This document shows, in pieces, positions 30,173 to 39,917 of a stretch of 64,000 nt of DNA. How positions within the stretch are numbered: position 1 is the first letter of the stretch; each line of letters starts with the position of its first letter. The notes beneath the pieces are model-generated. The model did no database searches, was not told the origin of the DNA, and saw nothing but the letters and a program-made list of their open reading frames with translations. Source of the stretch: a virus; the IMG/VR virus record IMGVR_UViG_3300021425_003021, positions 41,491 through 105,490 of that record; one strand, written 5' to 3'. The position numbers and the translations under genes are program-made.

Positions 30173-31340
30173 TACAATAGATTTACTTACAGGGCACGTT
30201 TTTCAAGTAACTTGGGATACAGGTCGTAGATGCAATTATGATTGTAGTTATTGTCCTGTACATAGACACGATAATTTTTCACCACACGCAACATTGGACA
30301 GTTTGAAAGACAATGTTGACTTTCTTTATGAATATATTGATTTGCATATACAATATAGAAAGAGTAAGATTGCTAATATAGGGTTTACAGGTGGCGAACC
30401 CACTGTTAATCCTAACTTTATTCCTTTTGCGCAATATCTTAGATCTGAATATGATACCAAATACAAAGACAAATGGGAATGTGGATTTGCTCTAACTACA
30501 AATGGTGCTATGGGTGAAAAAATGGGTCAAGCAGTGATGGAAAATTTTGATCACGCTACAGTAAGTTATCATAGCGAAAGCGACAACAAGTTAAAACAGC
30601 AAGTTAAAGATAGAATTTTACAGTTTCATTATCAAGGAGAGATGCATAATTTCACAGTCAGCGTAAATGTTATGTTTCATGCTGAATATTTTGACGAATG
30701 TAAAGAGCTATGTGGATTTTTGGAAAGCCATAATGTTGATTATGTGCCAAGAGTTATCGGTGAAGAGCCTGATAGTAGACCTAGTTTTGCACACAAATAC
30801 AATGAAGAACAATTACAGTGGTTTAAAGATTACTGGCGTGTAAAGAATGAAAACAAAAATGACGAAAAAGAAATTAGCAAAGTATTAAGTGCTGCCGGTG
30901 AAAAGAAAAATGAAAAGAAAAAACTAGGTAACAGTATCGGACGTCCTTGTTGTGGTAGCAGAGATATGTTATTACATACCGGAGCAAACAGTCGTAAAAG
31001 TAATTTTGTAGACTTTAGAGAATTCAAAGGATGGAATTGTAGTGTGAACTGGTTCTTCCTACATTTAGAACAACAAACAGATAGTGTTTATCATCATCAA
31101 ACTTGTCAGGCACGTTTTGATGGTACTAGGGGACGTATTGGTAAACTAAGTGAAGGTAAAAAACTTATTGCAGATCTAAAAGAAAAAATGGAAACCAATA
31201 GTATGCCAACTATTATTTGTCCTAAACAAACCTGCGGTTGCGGATTGTGTGCTCCAAAAAGTATGCATCAAGCTAGATATTTAGAAGTTGTAGGCAATCA
31301 TATCGAAACAGAGGTATTAAATGATTATAACAGGAAATAA
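30162..31340 (+). CDS. radical SAM protein with C-terminal Cys-rich domain
   Basis: CNYDCSYC, TGGEP, TTNG. C-terminal FKGWNC...TC...CPKQTCGCGLCAPK. Confidence 0.85.
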   Translation: MSFDTIDLLTGHVFQVTWDTGRRCNYDCSYCPVHRHDNFSPHATLDSLKDNVDFLYEYIDLHIQYRKSKIANIGFTGGEPTVNPNFIPFAQYLRSEYDTKYKDKWECGFALTTNGAMGEKMGQAVMENFDHATVSYHSESDNKLKQQVKDRILQFHYQGEMHNFTVSVNVMFHAEYFDECKELCGFLESHNVDYVPRVIGEEPDSRPSFAHKYNEEQLQWFKDYWRVKNENKNDEKEISKVLSAAGEKKNEKKKLGNSIGRPCCGSRDMLLHTGANSRKSNFVDFREFKGWNCSVNWFFLHLEQQTDSVYHHQTCQARFDGTRGRIGKLSEGKKLIADLKEKMETNSMPTIICPKQTCGCGLCAPKSMHQARYLEVVGNHIETEVLNDYNRK

Positions 31341-31875
31341 AGATAAAGGTATTGCAAAGGCATTACATAAATTATATCCAGATGCAGAATTTTGTAGTCA
31401 AAGTACAGGTTATGATTTAGCACGTAAACTAGATCAAGAAAGATTAGCAGAGCGTGTCTGTGAACACGATGTGTTTATTAATTGTAGTGCATTGTTTAAA
31501 TTTCATCAAACAACACTTCTTAACATTGTATATCACAAATGTATGTTAGAAAAACATTGGTGTCATATTATTAATGTAGGTAGTACAACAGATAGAGTAA
31601 AAAAAGGCGGCAGCTGGTTATACAATGCAGAAAAGAAGGCATTAAGAGATTACTCAAACACATTAGGATTAAACGGAGTTTGGCACAGTGGTCCTAAGAT
31701 TAGTTACATAAGTTTTGGTACTTTGAGTAATAACCAAGAAAAACATCCAAACAGAACTGTAATTGATATTGATGAAGCAACTAGTTATATCAAATGGGTA
31801 ATTGATCAGCCTAGAGAGCTATGCATAAATGAAATTAGTATAGACCCTATGCAACCAGACCATTGGAAAAGCTAA
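31321..31875 (+). CDS. short-chain dehydrogenase/reductase (compact)
   Basis: IITG...GIA, DVFINCS, IINVGS, YNAEK (YxxxK). Confidence 0.7.
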   Translation: MIITGNKDKGIAKALHKLYPDAEFCSQSTGYDLARKLDQERLAERVCEHDVFINCSALFKFHQTTLLNIVYHKCMLEKHWCHIINVGSTTDRVKKGGSWLYNAEKKALRDYSNTLGLNGVWHSGPKISYISFGTLSNNQEKHPNRTVIDIDEATSYIKWVIDQPRELCINEISIDPMQPDHWKS

Positions 31876-33083
31876 TGTCTGATTTGCCAAAGTATGCTTG
31901 TCAACTTCCTATGCATCATATGGCAATACGTCCAGATGGTCGTGTTATGCCCTGTTGTTATTTCAGGCATGAACACGTTCCTACAGATTTAAATTTATCT
32001 TTAGAAGATCCTTTTAACCATCCTTTTATGAAACAAAATAGAGAAAGTGTTTTAAATGATGAAATGATTCCTGGTTGCAGCAAATGCTACGAAGATGAAA
32101 AAACATCTGGTAACAGTATGCGCACCGACATTTATAACTCTCCATACAATTTTTTAAATTTACCTACAGATGATACTAGAGGTAAAGTTGCAAAACTTAC
32201 AAATATTGATGTAACATTTAGTAACGTTTGTAACAACAAGTGTAGAATGTGTGGTCCAGAACTTAGTACACAATGGTACAGTGACGCTAAGAAAATGGGA
32301 TATCCTTTTGAAAAACGTGGTGTAATTGCTGAAAACAAATGGATAGAAACAGCCAATGTAAGTGATTTAACATTTATCAAGTTCTTAGGCGGCGAACCGT
32401 TAATGGAACAGGAAAAAATGATACAGCTATTGCAAAAGTGTAATAGAGAAAAATTAGTCGTTCATATTACCACTAACGGAACATTATTGCCTAATGAGAC
32501 ATTACATAATTTACTAACAGAATGCGAAGGTGTGTATATGACTGTTAGTGTAGATCAATTTGGACAGTTTAACGAGTTTTTACGTAAAGGCAGTAATTGG
32601 AATACCACCATTGAAAATATGTTTACAATGAAAGAGCATTATGGTAAGCATACAACAACTGTACATTCTGTAACATCAATATACAATGTAAATTTGTGTA
32701 ATCAATTGATCGATTTTTGTATTAATGAAAGATTTTATCAAAAAAATGCTGTTGTTGACGGTCCTAATTGGATGATGCCAAGAAATCTGCCAAAAAAAGT
32801 CAAAGCTAAATTAATAAAGTTGCTAAATTTAAACATACAAAATACAAACCTGCCAAAACATTTGTCATATCTATATGATGCAACTGCTCATTATGAATTA
32901 CTAATTAATGAATTAGAGCAAGATGGCGATTTTGGAATGTTTTTACGTAATGATACAAGACTAAACATTATACGCAATGAACATTGGAAAGATTACAATC
33001 CATGGCTATGGAATGAGCTTAAACCTTATTTTGTTGAAACACAACTTGAAGATGGACAATTGGATTATCTAAATACTCTCTGA
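31875..33083 (+). CDS. radical SAM protein with N-terminal twitch-like domain
   Basis: ATG 31875 (TAATG overlap). ACQLP...PCC...CSKC, CNNKCRMC, LGGEP, TTNGT. Confidence 0.85.
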   Translation: MSDLPKYACQLPMHHMAIRPDGRVMPCCYFRHEHVPTDLNLSLEDPFNHPFMKQNRESVLNDEMIPGCSKCYEDEKTSGNSMRTDIYNSPYNFLNLPTDDTRGKVAKLTNIDVTFSNVCNNKCRMCGPELSTQWYSDAKKMGYPFEKRGVIAENKWIETANVSDLTFIKFLGGEPLMEQEKMIQLLQKCNREKLVVHITTNGTLLPNETLHNLLTECEGVYMTVSVDQFGQFNEFLRKGSNWNTTIENMFTMKEHYGKHTTTVHSVTSIYNVNLCNQLIDFCINERFYQKNAVVDGPNWMMPRNLPKKVKAKLIKLLNLNIQNTNLPKHLSYLYDATAHYELLINELEQDGDFGMFLRNDTRLNIIRNEHWKDYNPWLWNELKPYFVETQLEDGQLDYLNTL

Positions 33084-33113
33084 TAAATATAGTTATTAAG
33101 ATAGAGAGTTAAA

Positions 33114-33614
33114 ATGTTCCAAACCAAAAATTTAAACTATAAAATGTTAAGCAAAGATTCTTTGGATGCTGTGCGAGAATTTGTAGTAACAGAAAATAAT
33201 CTTTTTGATAAGGGCATATCGTATTTGTCACACGCACCGGTTAATCGCAGTCACCGATGGAAACCTTATACCAATTTAGTTAAACCTATTACAAACTATC
33301 TTAAAGAAAAAGATTTGAACATTACTGCATTAGGTGCTAATAGAATAGAAGCAAATACTAAAAAAAATGTATTTTTTATGCCAAACAAGAACAACGGCAC
33401 TAACACAGTCATTTTGATACCGTTATTTGATTATTCAAGGGAACAAAAAGTATTGCACTTTATCAAGACCAAGTCTAAGATTGCATTGAATTCTACATTA
33501 GTATTTGATCATTCTTTACAAAGACACTGGGTAAATGAATATAATACAAAGTTTTGTTTTTTAGTATATGGGCTAAATGAATCTATTAGTATAGTCACAG
33601 AAAGGCTTTCATAG
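33114..33614 (+). CDS. hypothetical protein, possibly a degenerate 2OG-Fe(II)/cupin fold
   Basis: VILIPL...LVFDHS..RHWVN pattern resembles neighbouring oxygenases but lacks a clear HxD. ATAAATA at 33083-33089. Confidence 0.4.
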   Translation: MFQTKNLNYKMLSKDSLDAVREFVVTENNLFDKGISYLSHAPVNRSHRWKPYTNLVKPITNYLKEKDLNITALGANRIEANTKKNVFFMPNKNNGTNTVILIPLFDYSREQKVLHFIKTKSKIALNSTLVFDHSLQRHWVNEYNTKFCFLVYGLNESISIVTERLS

Positions 33615-33615
33615 T

Positions 33616-34200
33616 TTGCAAATCGTATATGGCGAGCCAAGAACAGGTTCTCATTTTATAGCAAGGAATTTTGCAAATCAATACAACAAAATATTTTTAG
33701 GTGAGTATTTTAAAAGTCCAATTCCTAATGCACAAGTAAACATATTTAAAAAAATTGATACATTACCAAAAAATTCTGTTATCATAGTTCATCCAGATTT
33801 ATCATATGGACAATATCCTGAAGAATTTTACACTTGGTTATTTTCCAATGAATTAATTGTCACAGAAACTGATGATAGATGGCGGCAGGTTGTCAGTTGG
33901 GGACTTGCAGCAAAAACAACAAATTATCACAGTTATAATGGTTCAAGATATTTAGAACAAAATATCGCATACAAAAGAAATTTTTTTGATATGTTAAAAA
34001 ATTCTATTAAAAAATACAACGAAACAAAACATCTAATAAAATACAAAGATTTAATAAATTTAAGTAGTATAAAAAAACAACAAGTTTTTGAAGGAAAATA
34101 TCAATTACCACACAAAACATATCGACAAAAAACAGATGAATTATGTCTAATGTATAGCAATTTAAATGAAGTAAAACAGTGGTACAATGAACTATTATAA
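33616..34200 (+). CDS. sulfotransferase-like protein
   Basis: N-terminal IVYGEPRTGSHF resembles the 5'-PSB loop (PRTGS). Q.VSW resembles the 3'-PB region. Confidence 0.5.
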   Translation: MQIVYGEPRTGSHFIARNFANQYNKIFLGEYFKSPIPNAQVNIFKKIDTLPKNSVIIVHPDLSYGQYPEEFYTWLFSNELIVTETDDRWRQVVSWGLAAKTTNYHSYNGSRYLEQNIAYKRNFFDMLKNSIKKYNETKHLIKYKDLINLSSIKKQQVFEGKYQLPHKTYRQKTDELCLMYSNLNEVKQWYNELL

Positions 34201-34234
34201 TGTAAATAAATACAATTGTATACAGGAGATTACC

Positions 34235-34885
34235 ATGGATCATAAACAAATTGAAAAAGCAGTGATTAGAAGTCAACATTGTCAGCGTAATTGGGACTTG
34301 TCAAAACAAATTCCACAAGAAGATTTAGATTTAATTCAACACGCTGTAACACAATGTCCTAGCAAACAAAATGTTGCTTTTTACAAAGTGCATATGATTA
34401 CCGATAGAAACTTAATCGAAGCCATACACGCTAATACAGAAGGATTTACAACAAATTTTGTTACAATGGAAGGTGAAACCAACAGTCAAACACTAGCAAA
34501 TCTGTTAATTGTTTTTGAGGCATACAACGGTCATTTAAATAAAGATAACAATGTATTCAGAAATGATGAAATATTGAAAATGGACACAGGAAAAGAACTA
34601 ACTGAAGCAGAGCAAGAAACATTTAAAAGAGATCAACAAATGGCAGTTGGCATTGCAGCAGGTTATGCTAATGTAACTAGTGCAATGATGGGATACGGAA
34701 CTGGTTGCTGTGCTTGTTTTGATGGTAAAGCAATAGAAGATTTACTAAATTTAGATGGTCCTGTTTTATTAATGATGGGTATAGGATATAAAGATCCAAC
34801 TCGTAATAGAAGAGAGCATCACGAAACTGGGTTTGTATTTCCTACAAAACCAAAACAAAAGATCAAAGTTAAAAAGCATTACTAA
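34235..34885 (+). CDS. nitroreductase-like flavoprotein with Cys-rich motif
   Basis: ATG 34235 follows an AGGAG SD and ATAAATA (34206-34212). RSQHCQRNWD, CPSKQN, GYGTGCCACF, LMMGIG. Confidence 0.7.
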   Translation: MDHKQIEKAVIRSQHCQRNWDLSKQIPQEDLDLIQHAVTQCPSKQNVAFYKVHMITDRNLIEAIHANTEGFTTNFVTMEGETNSQTLANLLIVFEAYNGHLNKDNNVFRNDEILKMDTGKELTEAEQETFKRDQQMAVGIAAGYANVTSAMMGYGTGCCACFDGKAIEDLLNLDGPVLLMMGIGYKDPTRNRREHHETGFVFPTKPKQKIKVKKHY

Positions 34886-34904
34886 TTGTTCTATTAAATA
34901 GTGT

Positions 34905-36233
34905 ATGAAAGATACTTTTTGCCCAATTCCTTGGAATTTTCAGGCTGTGCGAAACAATGGCGATATACGTATATGCTGTCAAGCTAATGTAACAGAAAAT
35001 CAAGGAGTGATTAGACACTGTGATGGTACTCCTTATAATGCAAGTCGTGACAGCTTAGAAGATGCACGTAATGCCAATCTTATGAAAACTGTTCGAAAAA
35101 ATATGCTTAATGGTGTTTGGAGCCAAGAATGCGGCAGATGCCAGCAGGAAGAAGAAGCAGGACTTAACAGTAGACGTCAATATGAGCAACAAAATTGGCC
35201 TACATTTACTATTGATAAGGCAAAACAAGTCACTGACGACGATGGCGGTGTAAGTGAAATTCCAGTAACTTATTACGATTTACGTTTCGGAAACTTGTGT
35301 AATCTTGCTTGTAGAATGTGCGGACCTACTGACAGTCATACTTGGTATGAACAATGGGTAGATTATCACAAATCAAATGAATATATTGACACACACGGCA
35401 CAGTATCATTGCAACGTAATGCCAAAGGAAGACTGTTCACAAACGATTATGATTGGCACGGCAGTGATGTATTTTGGAATAGTATTGAAAAAAACATTCC
35501 AAATATAAAACACGTTTATATGGCTGGCGGAGAGCCCATGATGATCGAACGTCATTATGAATTTTTACAAAAATGTATAGATAGCGGTTATGCTGGTAAA
35601 ATCATTATAGAATATAATACAAATATGACTAATCTTCCTGAGCGTGTATTACAAATGTGGAAACATTTTAGACAAGTTAGAGTTGGAGCCAGCATCGATG
35701 GATACGGCGATATGTTAGAGTATCAAAGATGGCCATTGAAATGGAACCAAGCATATAAAAATTTAAAAAAGTTAGATCAATTGTGTATTGATAATAAAAA
35801 CATATTTGCTTGGCTAGCTTGCACAGTAACAGCTAATAATGTATTTCATATACCTGAATTTATGTGGTGGAAACTAAAAGAAAGTGGTTTTAAAAAAATT
35901 AATAGTTCTAAAAAAAGACCTGTAATTACACACCACGTAGCACACGGTCCAAAAAGAACAAACATAAAATTATTAGATCCTACACTAAAATTAGATTTAC
36001 ACAATCATTATGAATCTTGGAAAAATAAATTTATGTTTGATAATGAAATCGAACAAAGTGTAAAAGAAAATGCAACTAGTATACTTGATAGTATATTAAA
36101 ATTTGCAAACAAAGAAGATTATTCAAATGATTATATCGATGAATTTGTAAATTTTACAAAATACTTAGATAAAGCAAGAAATCAAAATATACTAGATGTT
36201 GTACCACAATATTCTAAATTATTTGACAAATAA
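34905..36233 (+). CDS. radical SAM protein with N-terminal twitch-like domain
   Basis: FCPIPW...ICC...CGRC, CNLACRMC, AGGEP. TTAAATA lies 4 nt upstream of the ATG. Confidence 0.85.
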   Translation: MKDTFCPIPWNFQAVRNNGDIRICCQANVTENQGVIRHCDGTPYNASRDSLEDARNANLMKTVRKNMLNGVWSQECGRCQQEEEAGLNSRRQYEQQNWPTFTIDKAKQVTDDDGGVSEIPVTYYDLRFGNLCNLACRMCGPTDSHTWYEQWVDYHKSNEYIDTHGTVSLQRNAKGRLFTNDYDWHGSDVFWNSIEKNIPNIKHVYMAGGEPMMIERHYEFLQKCIDSGYAGKIIIEYNTNMTNLPERVLQMWKHFRQVRVGASIDGYGDMLEYQRWPLKWNQAYKNLKKLDQLCIDNKNIFAWLACTVTANNVFHIPEFMWWKLKESGFKKINSSKKRPVITHHVAHGPKRTNIKLLDPTLKLDLHNHYESWKNKFMFDNEIEQSVKENATSILDSILKFANKEDYSNDYIDEFVNFTKYLDKARNQNILDVVPQYSKLFDK

Positions 36234-36251
36234 CGCAAGGAATGTTATAAT
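36223..36251 (+). promoter_or_regulatory. consensus sigma70 promoter TTGACA-N17-(TGn)TATAAT (leaderless geometry)
   Basis: TTGACA 36223-36228, TG 36243-36244, TATAAT 36246-36251. ATG 36257 is 5 nt downstream. Confidence 0.8.
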
Positions 36252-36256
36252 TAGAA

Positions 36257-37378
36257 ATGACTGAAGATTTAAAATGGTCAAACTATGACTTTACTAAAAT
36301 ACCGTTTGATGATATTGTTCAAGTAGGACAACGTACTTTATTATATAGAGATATCTTTACAGTGTCTTGGCTATTAGGTAGATTTTGTAATTACAGATGT
36401 AGTTATTGCTGGCCTTATGCACGTAGCGATAGAAAAGATCATAGACCCACAGAATTGTGTTTAAAAACCATAGACGAAATAAAGAGGCAAGCACGTGAAA
36501 ACGGATTTAATAGTTATCATTTTTCTCTTAGTGGCGGGGAGCCTACTTTCCACCCTGGCTACTTGGATATTTTACAGCATTTGGCTAATGATGTAGAAAA
36601 CACAAATTATACAAGTATTCATATGACTAGTAACTGTAGTCGGCCAATGAAATGGTTTGAAACTTATGTAGAACGTGCGAAACCATTTCACAGAGCAAGT
36701 ATTACAGCAAGTTTACATACAGAACACTTAAATACAAAGGAGAAGATGCAGGACTTTGCAGATAAATTAATCCTGTGTCAAGAACACGATGTACAGATTA
36801 CCATTAATATGGTCATGGTACCTGAATGGTTCGAGAGAGATTGGGAAAACGCCCTCTTCTTCCACGAACAAGGAATCAACGTTACACTCAAGCCGCAATC
36901 CGATCCAACGGCTAGTAGAGTGGTTGACGGGTACAAAGAAGAAGACCTAAAACGTTTATGGAACGGAATGCCTCAACGAGCATACACAGAATCAAAAAGA
37001 AAATTTGTAGATAGACCAAAGCCCAAGTTTGAAATCCCTAAAGACATAATGTACAGACCAGATGCTAGTGTACCTTGGCATATGCAGGTAGAATTTAGAG
37101 ATAGTCAAGGCAATCCTTGGTATATGGATCAAGCCGAAAGATTTAATGCTTTTGAATTTAATAAATTTAAAGGATGGAATTGTAATGCAGGATATCAAGG
37201 TATTATTATTCGCGAACCTGATGGAAGTGTTAAACGCAGTTACAGTTGCCACGATGTACCGTTGGGCAATATTGAAACAGGATTTAAACTGTTTGACAAA
37301 CCTATGCCTTGTATGACAGATAGTTGTGTTAGTAGTGCAGATAGTAAAATTCCTAAAAGGAAAATTGATGCATTATAA
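36257..37378 (+). CDS. radical SAM protein with C-terminal Cys domain
   Basis: CNYRCSYC, SGGEP, FKGWNCNAG...SC...PC...SC. Related to 30162..31340. Confidence 0.85.
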   Translation: MTEDLKWSNYDFTKIPFDDIVQVGQRTLLYRDIFTVSWLLGRFCNYRCSYCWPYARSDRKDHRPTELCLKTIDEIKRQARENGFNSYHFSLSGGEPTFHPGYLDILQHLANDVENTNYTSIHMTSNCSRPMKWFETYVERAKPFHRASITASLHTEHLNTKEKMQDFADKLILCQEHDVQITINMVMVPEWFERDWENALFFHEQGINVTLKPQSDPTASRVVDGYKEEDLKRLWNGMPQRAYTESKRKFVDRPKPKFEIPKDIMYRPDASVPWHMQVEFRDSQGNPWYMDQAERFNAFEFNKFKGWNCNAGYQGIIIREPDGSVKRSYSCHDVPLGNIETGFKLFDKPMPCMTDSCVSSADSKIPKRKIDAL

Positions 37379-38045
37379 AGTATACGAAGATGTTTTTGAT
37401 CAAGCAACTATTACCAGTATACTAGATTATTACAATAATTATTTTGATGATGTATACGTTACAAATAGAATGTACAAAATTGAAAACCCTTGGTCTTTAG
37501 AAATTGTTCAACAAAACATTAAACCAGTATTATCTAAATTTTTTAATACTGAATTAGAAAATATTGGTGACAACATTTACAAACACAACGAACCTTATTT
37601 TCCACATTGCGATACTAGCATAGGTTATCCCTGTTTCAATGTATTAATACCGTTAAAGGTAGATAAAAACTTAGAACAAAAGTTTTGTATATTTGATCAG
37701 TATATAAATGATTTCTCCAGTGGTGCAACTTGGATGGGCAGGTGGTATGCTGCTACAAAAGAATTTGAACACAATAAAAAACGTAGATTTCCTCACAAAG
37801 ATACCATTGTCGAAAACATCACACATAATGATATAGACGAAGATTTTTTTGTAAAAAATTTAGAATATCGAGGCAGAGACAGGTTATTATTCAAAGGATG
37901 TTCGGGAGTTGCTGTAGATTTTAAGCCTGGTAATTTAATTATGTTTGATAGTAAACATATTCATTGTACTGGAAAAATGATGTGTGAGTGGAAAATGGGT
38001 TTAAGTTTAAGATTTAAAGGCGAGTTCAATAAGGAAGTAAAATGA
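37368..38045 (+). CDS. 2OG-Fe(II) oxygenase-like protein
   Basis: ATG 37368 (MHYKVYED). YFPHCD...PGNLIMFDS..IHCTG. Paralog of 40572..41234. Confidence 0.6.
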   Translation: MHYKVYEDVFDQATITSILDYYNNYFDDVYVTNRMYKIENPWSLEIVQQNIKPVLSKFFNTELENIGDNIYKHNEPYFPHCDTSIGYPCFNVLIPLKVDKNLEQKFCIFDQYINDFSSGATWMGRWYAATKEFEHNKKRRFPHKDTIVENITHNDIDEDFFVKNLEYRGRDRLLFKGCSGVAVDFKPGNLIMFDSKHIHCTGKMMCEWKMGLSLRFKGEFNKEVK

Positions 38046-38584
38046 AATATGCAATTACAGGACATACAGCAGGAATAGGTAAAGCATTTAGTGAATTGCC
38101 AGAAGTTAAAAATAATTTCATCGGGTTCAGCAGGACTACAGGCTATAACATAAAATCAGCTGATGATCGTAGACGTATTGTAAAAGACAGTGAAGAATGT
38201 GACGTCTTTATAAACAATGCATATAATCTTTATCATCAAACCGATATGCTGTACGAGCTACATAGAAAGTGGAAAAATAAACCAAAAGTTATTGTAAATT
38301 TAGGAAGCAATACGACAGAAAGTATGAAAGATTTTCCGCATCCTTATACAGCACACAAAGCCAGTTTAGAAGCTGCTAGTTTACAATTGAGTGGAATTAA
38401 ATGCCAGTGTTCAACAGTCTTGTTAAAATTTGGATATGTAGGATCTGAAAAAATACTAAAATTTTTACAACCAGAATATTACATTCCTTGCGAAGAAGCT
38501 GCACAAATTATTTTACAAGTGGCAGAACTGGCCGCTAAATATAATATAAAAACAATGACAATTTTACCAAAAGAAAATGACTAA
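38042..38584 (+). CDS. short-chain dehydrogenase/reductase
   Basis: AITGHTAGIG, DVFINNA, VNLGS, YTAHK. Confidence 0.75.
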   Translation: MKYAITGHTAGIGKAFSELPEVKNNFIGFSRTTGYNIKSADDRRRIVKDSEECDVFINNAYNLYHQTDMLYELHRKWKNKPKVIVNLGSNTTESMKDFPHPYTAHKASLEAASLQLSGIKCQCSTVLLKFGYVGSEKILKFLQPEYYIPCEEAAQIILQVAELAAKYNIKTMTILPKEND

Positions 38585-39146
38585 TATAACAGAATTAAAT
38601 TTACCCACGTTTGACTTATACGAAGAATTTAATAAATTACTTAATAGCGGAACTATTCGCTGGTTTTCAGACGACTGTCAAGATCAGATTTGTTTAAACA
38701 GCACTAAAAGCGATCCTGATAATTTTCTATTAGGCAGAGCTAGTTTATGGTATGATTGGGATAAGTCTTATGAACAAGATGGAAAAATTATTACGCCTTT
38801 GAGGAAACCTCCTTTGAAAGAAAATCAATTTACAGAATTGTGTAGTGCATTTAAAGGTACATTATTTGAAGAAGTTTACAATATACTTGTAAGTAAGTAT
38901 CAAATGGGCAGAATTAGAATAATGAATAGTCAACCAAAAACTTGTTTAACCTGGCACAACGATGATACTACAAGGATACATTATCCTATGAAAACACAAG
39001 AAGGGTGTTTTATGATAATCGAAGATGAAGTAAAACATTTAGAAAAATACAAATGGTATCATACTAACACAACTGTTAAACACACTGCTATGAATGCAAG
39101 TAAAGAGAACAGAATACATTTGGTAGGGTGTATACTTGATAGCTGA
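38577..39146 (+). CDS. AspH/LpxO-like 2OG-Fe(II) oxygenase
   Basis: RIRIM...CLTWHND..RIHYP...HTAMN...RIHLV. Confidence 0.65.
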   Translation: MTNITELNLPTFDLYEEFNKLLNSGTIRWFSDDCQDQICLNSTKSDPDNFLLGRASLWYDWDKSYEQDGKIITPLRKPPLKENQFTELCSAFKGTLFEEVYNILVSKYQMGRIRIMNSQPKTCLTWHNDDTTRIHYPMKTQEGCFMIIEDEVKHLEKYKWYHTNTTVKHTAMNASKENRIHLVGCILDS

Positions 39147-39897
39147 TTTACATCATAAATTAGTAAATGTTAAATCTGCTCCTGCTTTTGATAAGTCTTG
39201 TCATCCTAGATGCGAAAGTAGCAGAGCAAAAAATCCACTGGCTAAAAAATTATTGTATGTGCCGCACTACAAACTATGTGAATTAGATTTAGATCAAGAC
39301 AAAATTAATCAAGAAATATCTGCATTAGAAAACTGGCAAGGCTACAATAATGATGTAAAAGGTATAAGAGGTGCAGGTGTTAGTAATTATTGGAGTGCTA
39401 AGTTTTTAAGAAATTTCAGCGATGATCCAGATTTTGGATTTGGAGAAACGCTAGATTTTATGGAAATATTAGGTAAACAACATTTAATTAAAAATGGTAG
39501 GGTACCGCCCGAGCATTTAGTTGATACAACTTTATGCAATACTATTCCTTATGTTAAAAACATAGTTGAAGAAATGTTTACTTGGGAAATGTGCGACCGT
39601 ATAATGATATCAAAAATTGATAATAAACAAAGAATCAATTGGCATAGTCATAATTATTACGAAACAGAATACACTCACGCATATGTGCATATTCCTTTAA
39701 TCACAAATAAGAATGCTACTAGTATGTTGGTATATCTAGACGGAGAAATACACGAGCAACACTATGGGTTTAATGAAGCATGGATAATCAATACACAACA
39801 CAATCACGCAGTAAACAATAAACACGGCAATGATAGATATCATATTTTAGCTCTAGTGAATTTTAATGATCCTAAATTAGAAAGATATATTGCATAA
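39136..39897 (+). CDS. AspH-like oxygenase (HxH variant)
   Basis: RIMISKI...INWHSH...VHIPL...HAVNN...RYHIL. Confidence 0.6.
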   Translation: MIADLHHKLVNVKSAPAFDKSCHPRCESSRAKNPLAKKLLYVPHYKLCELDLDQDKINQEISALENWQGYNNDVKGIRGAGVSNYWSAKFLRNFSDDPDFGFGETLDFMEILGKQHLIKNGRVPPEHLVDTTLCNTIPYVKNIVEEMFTWEMCDRIMISKIDNKQRINWHSHNYYETEYTHAYVHIPLITNKNATSMLVYLDGEIHEQHYGFNEAWIINTQHNHAVNNKHGNDRYHILALVNFNDPKLERYIA

Positions 39898-39917
39898 ATA
39901 CATTTAGGAGGTGTAAT

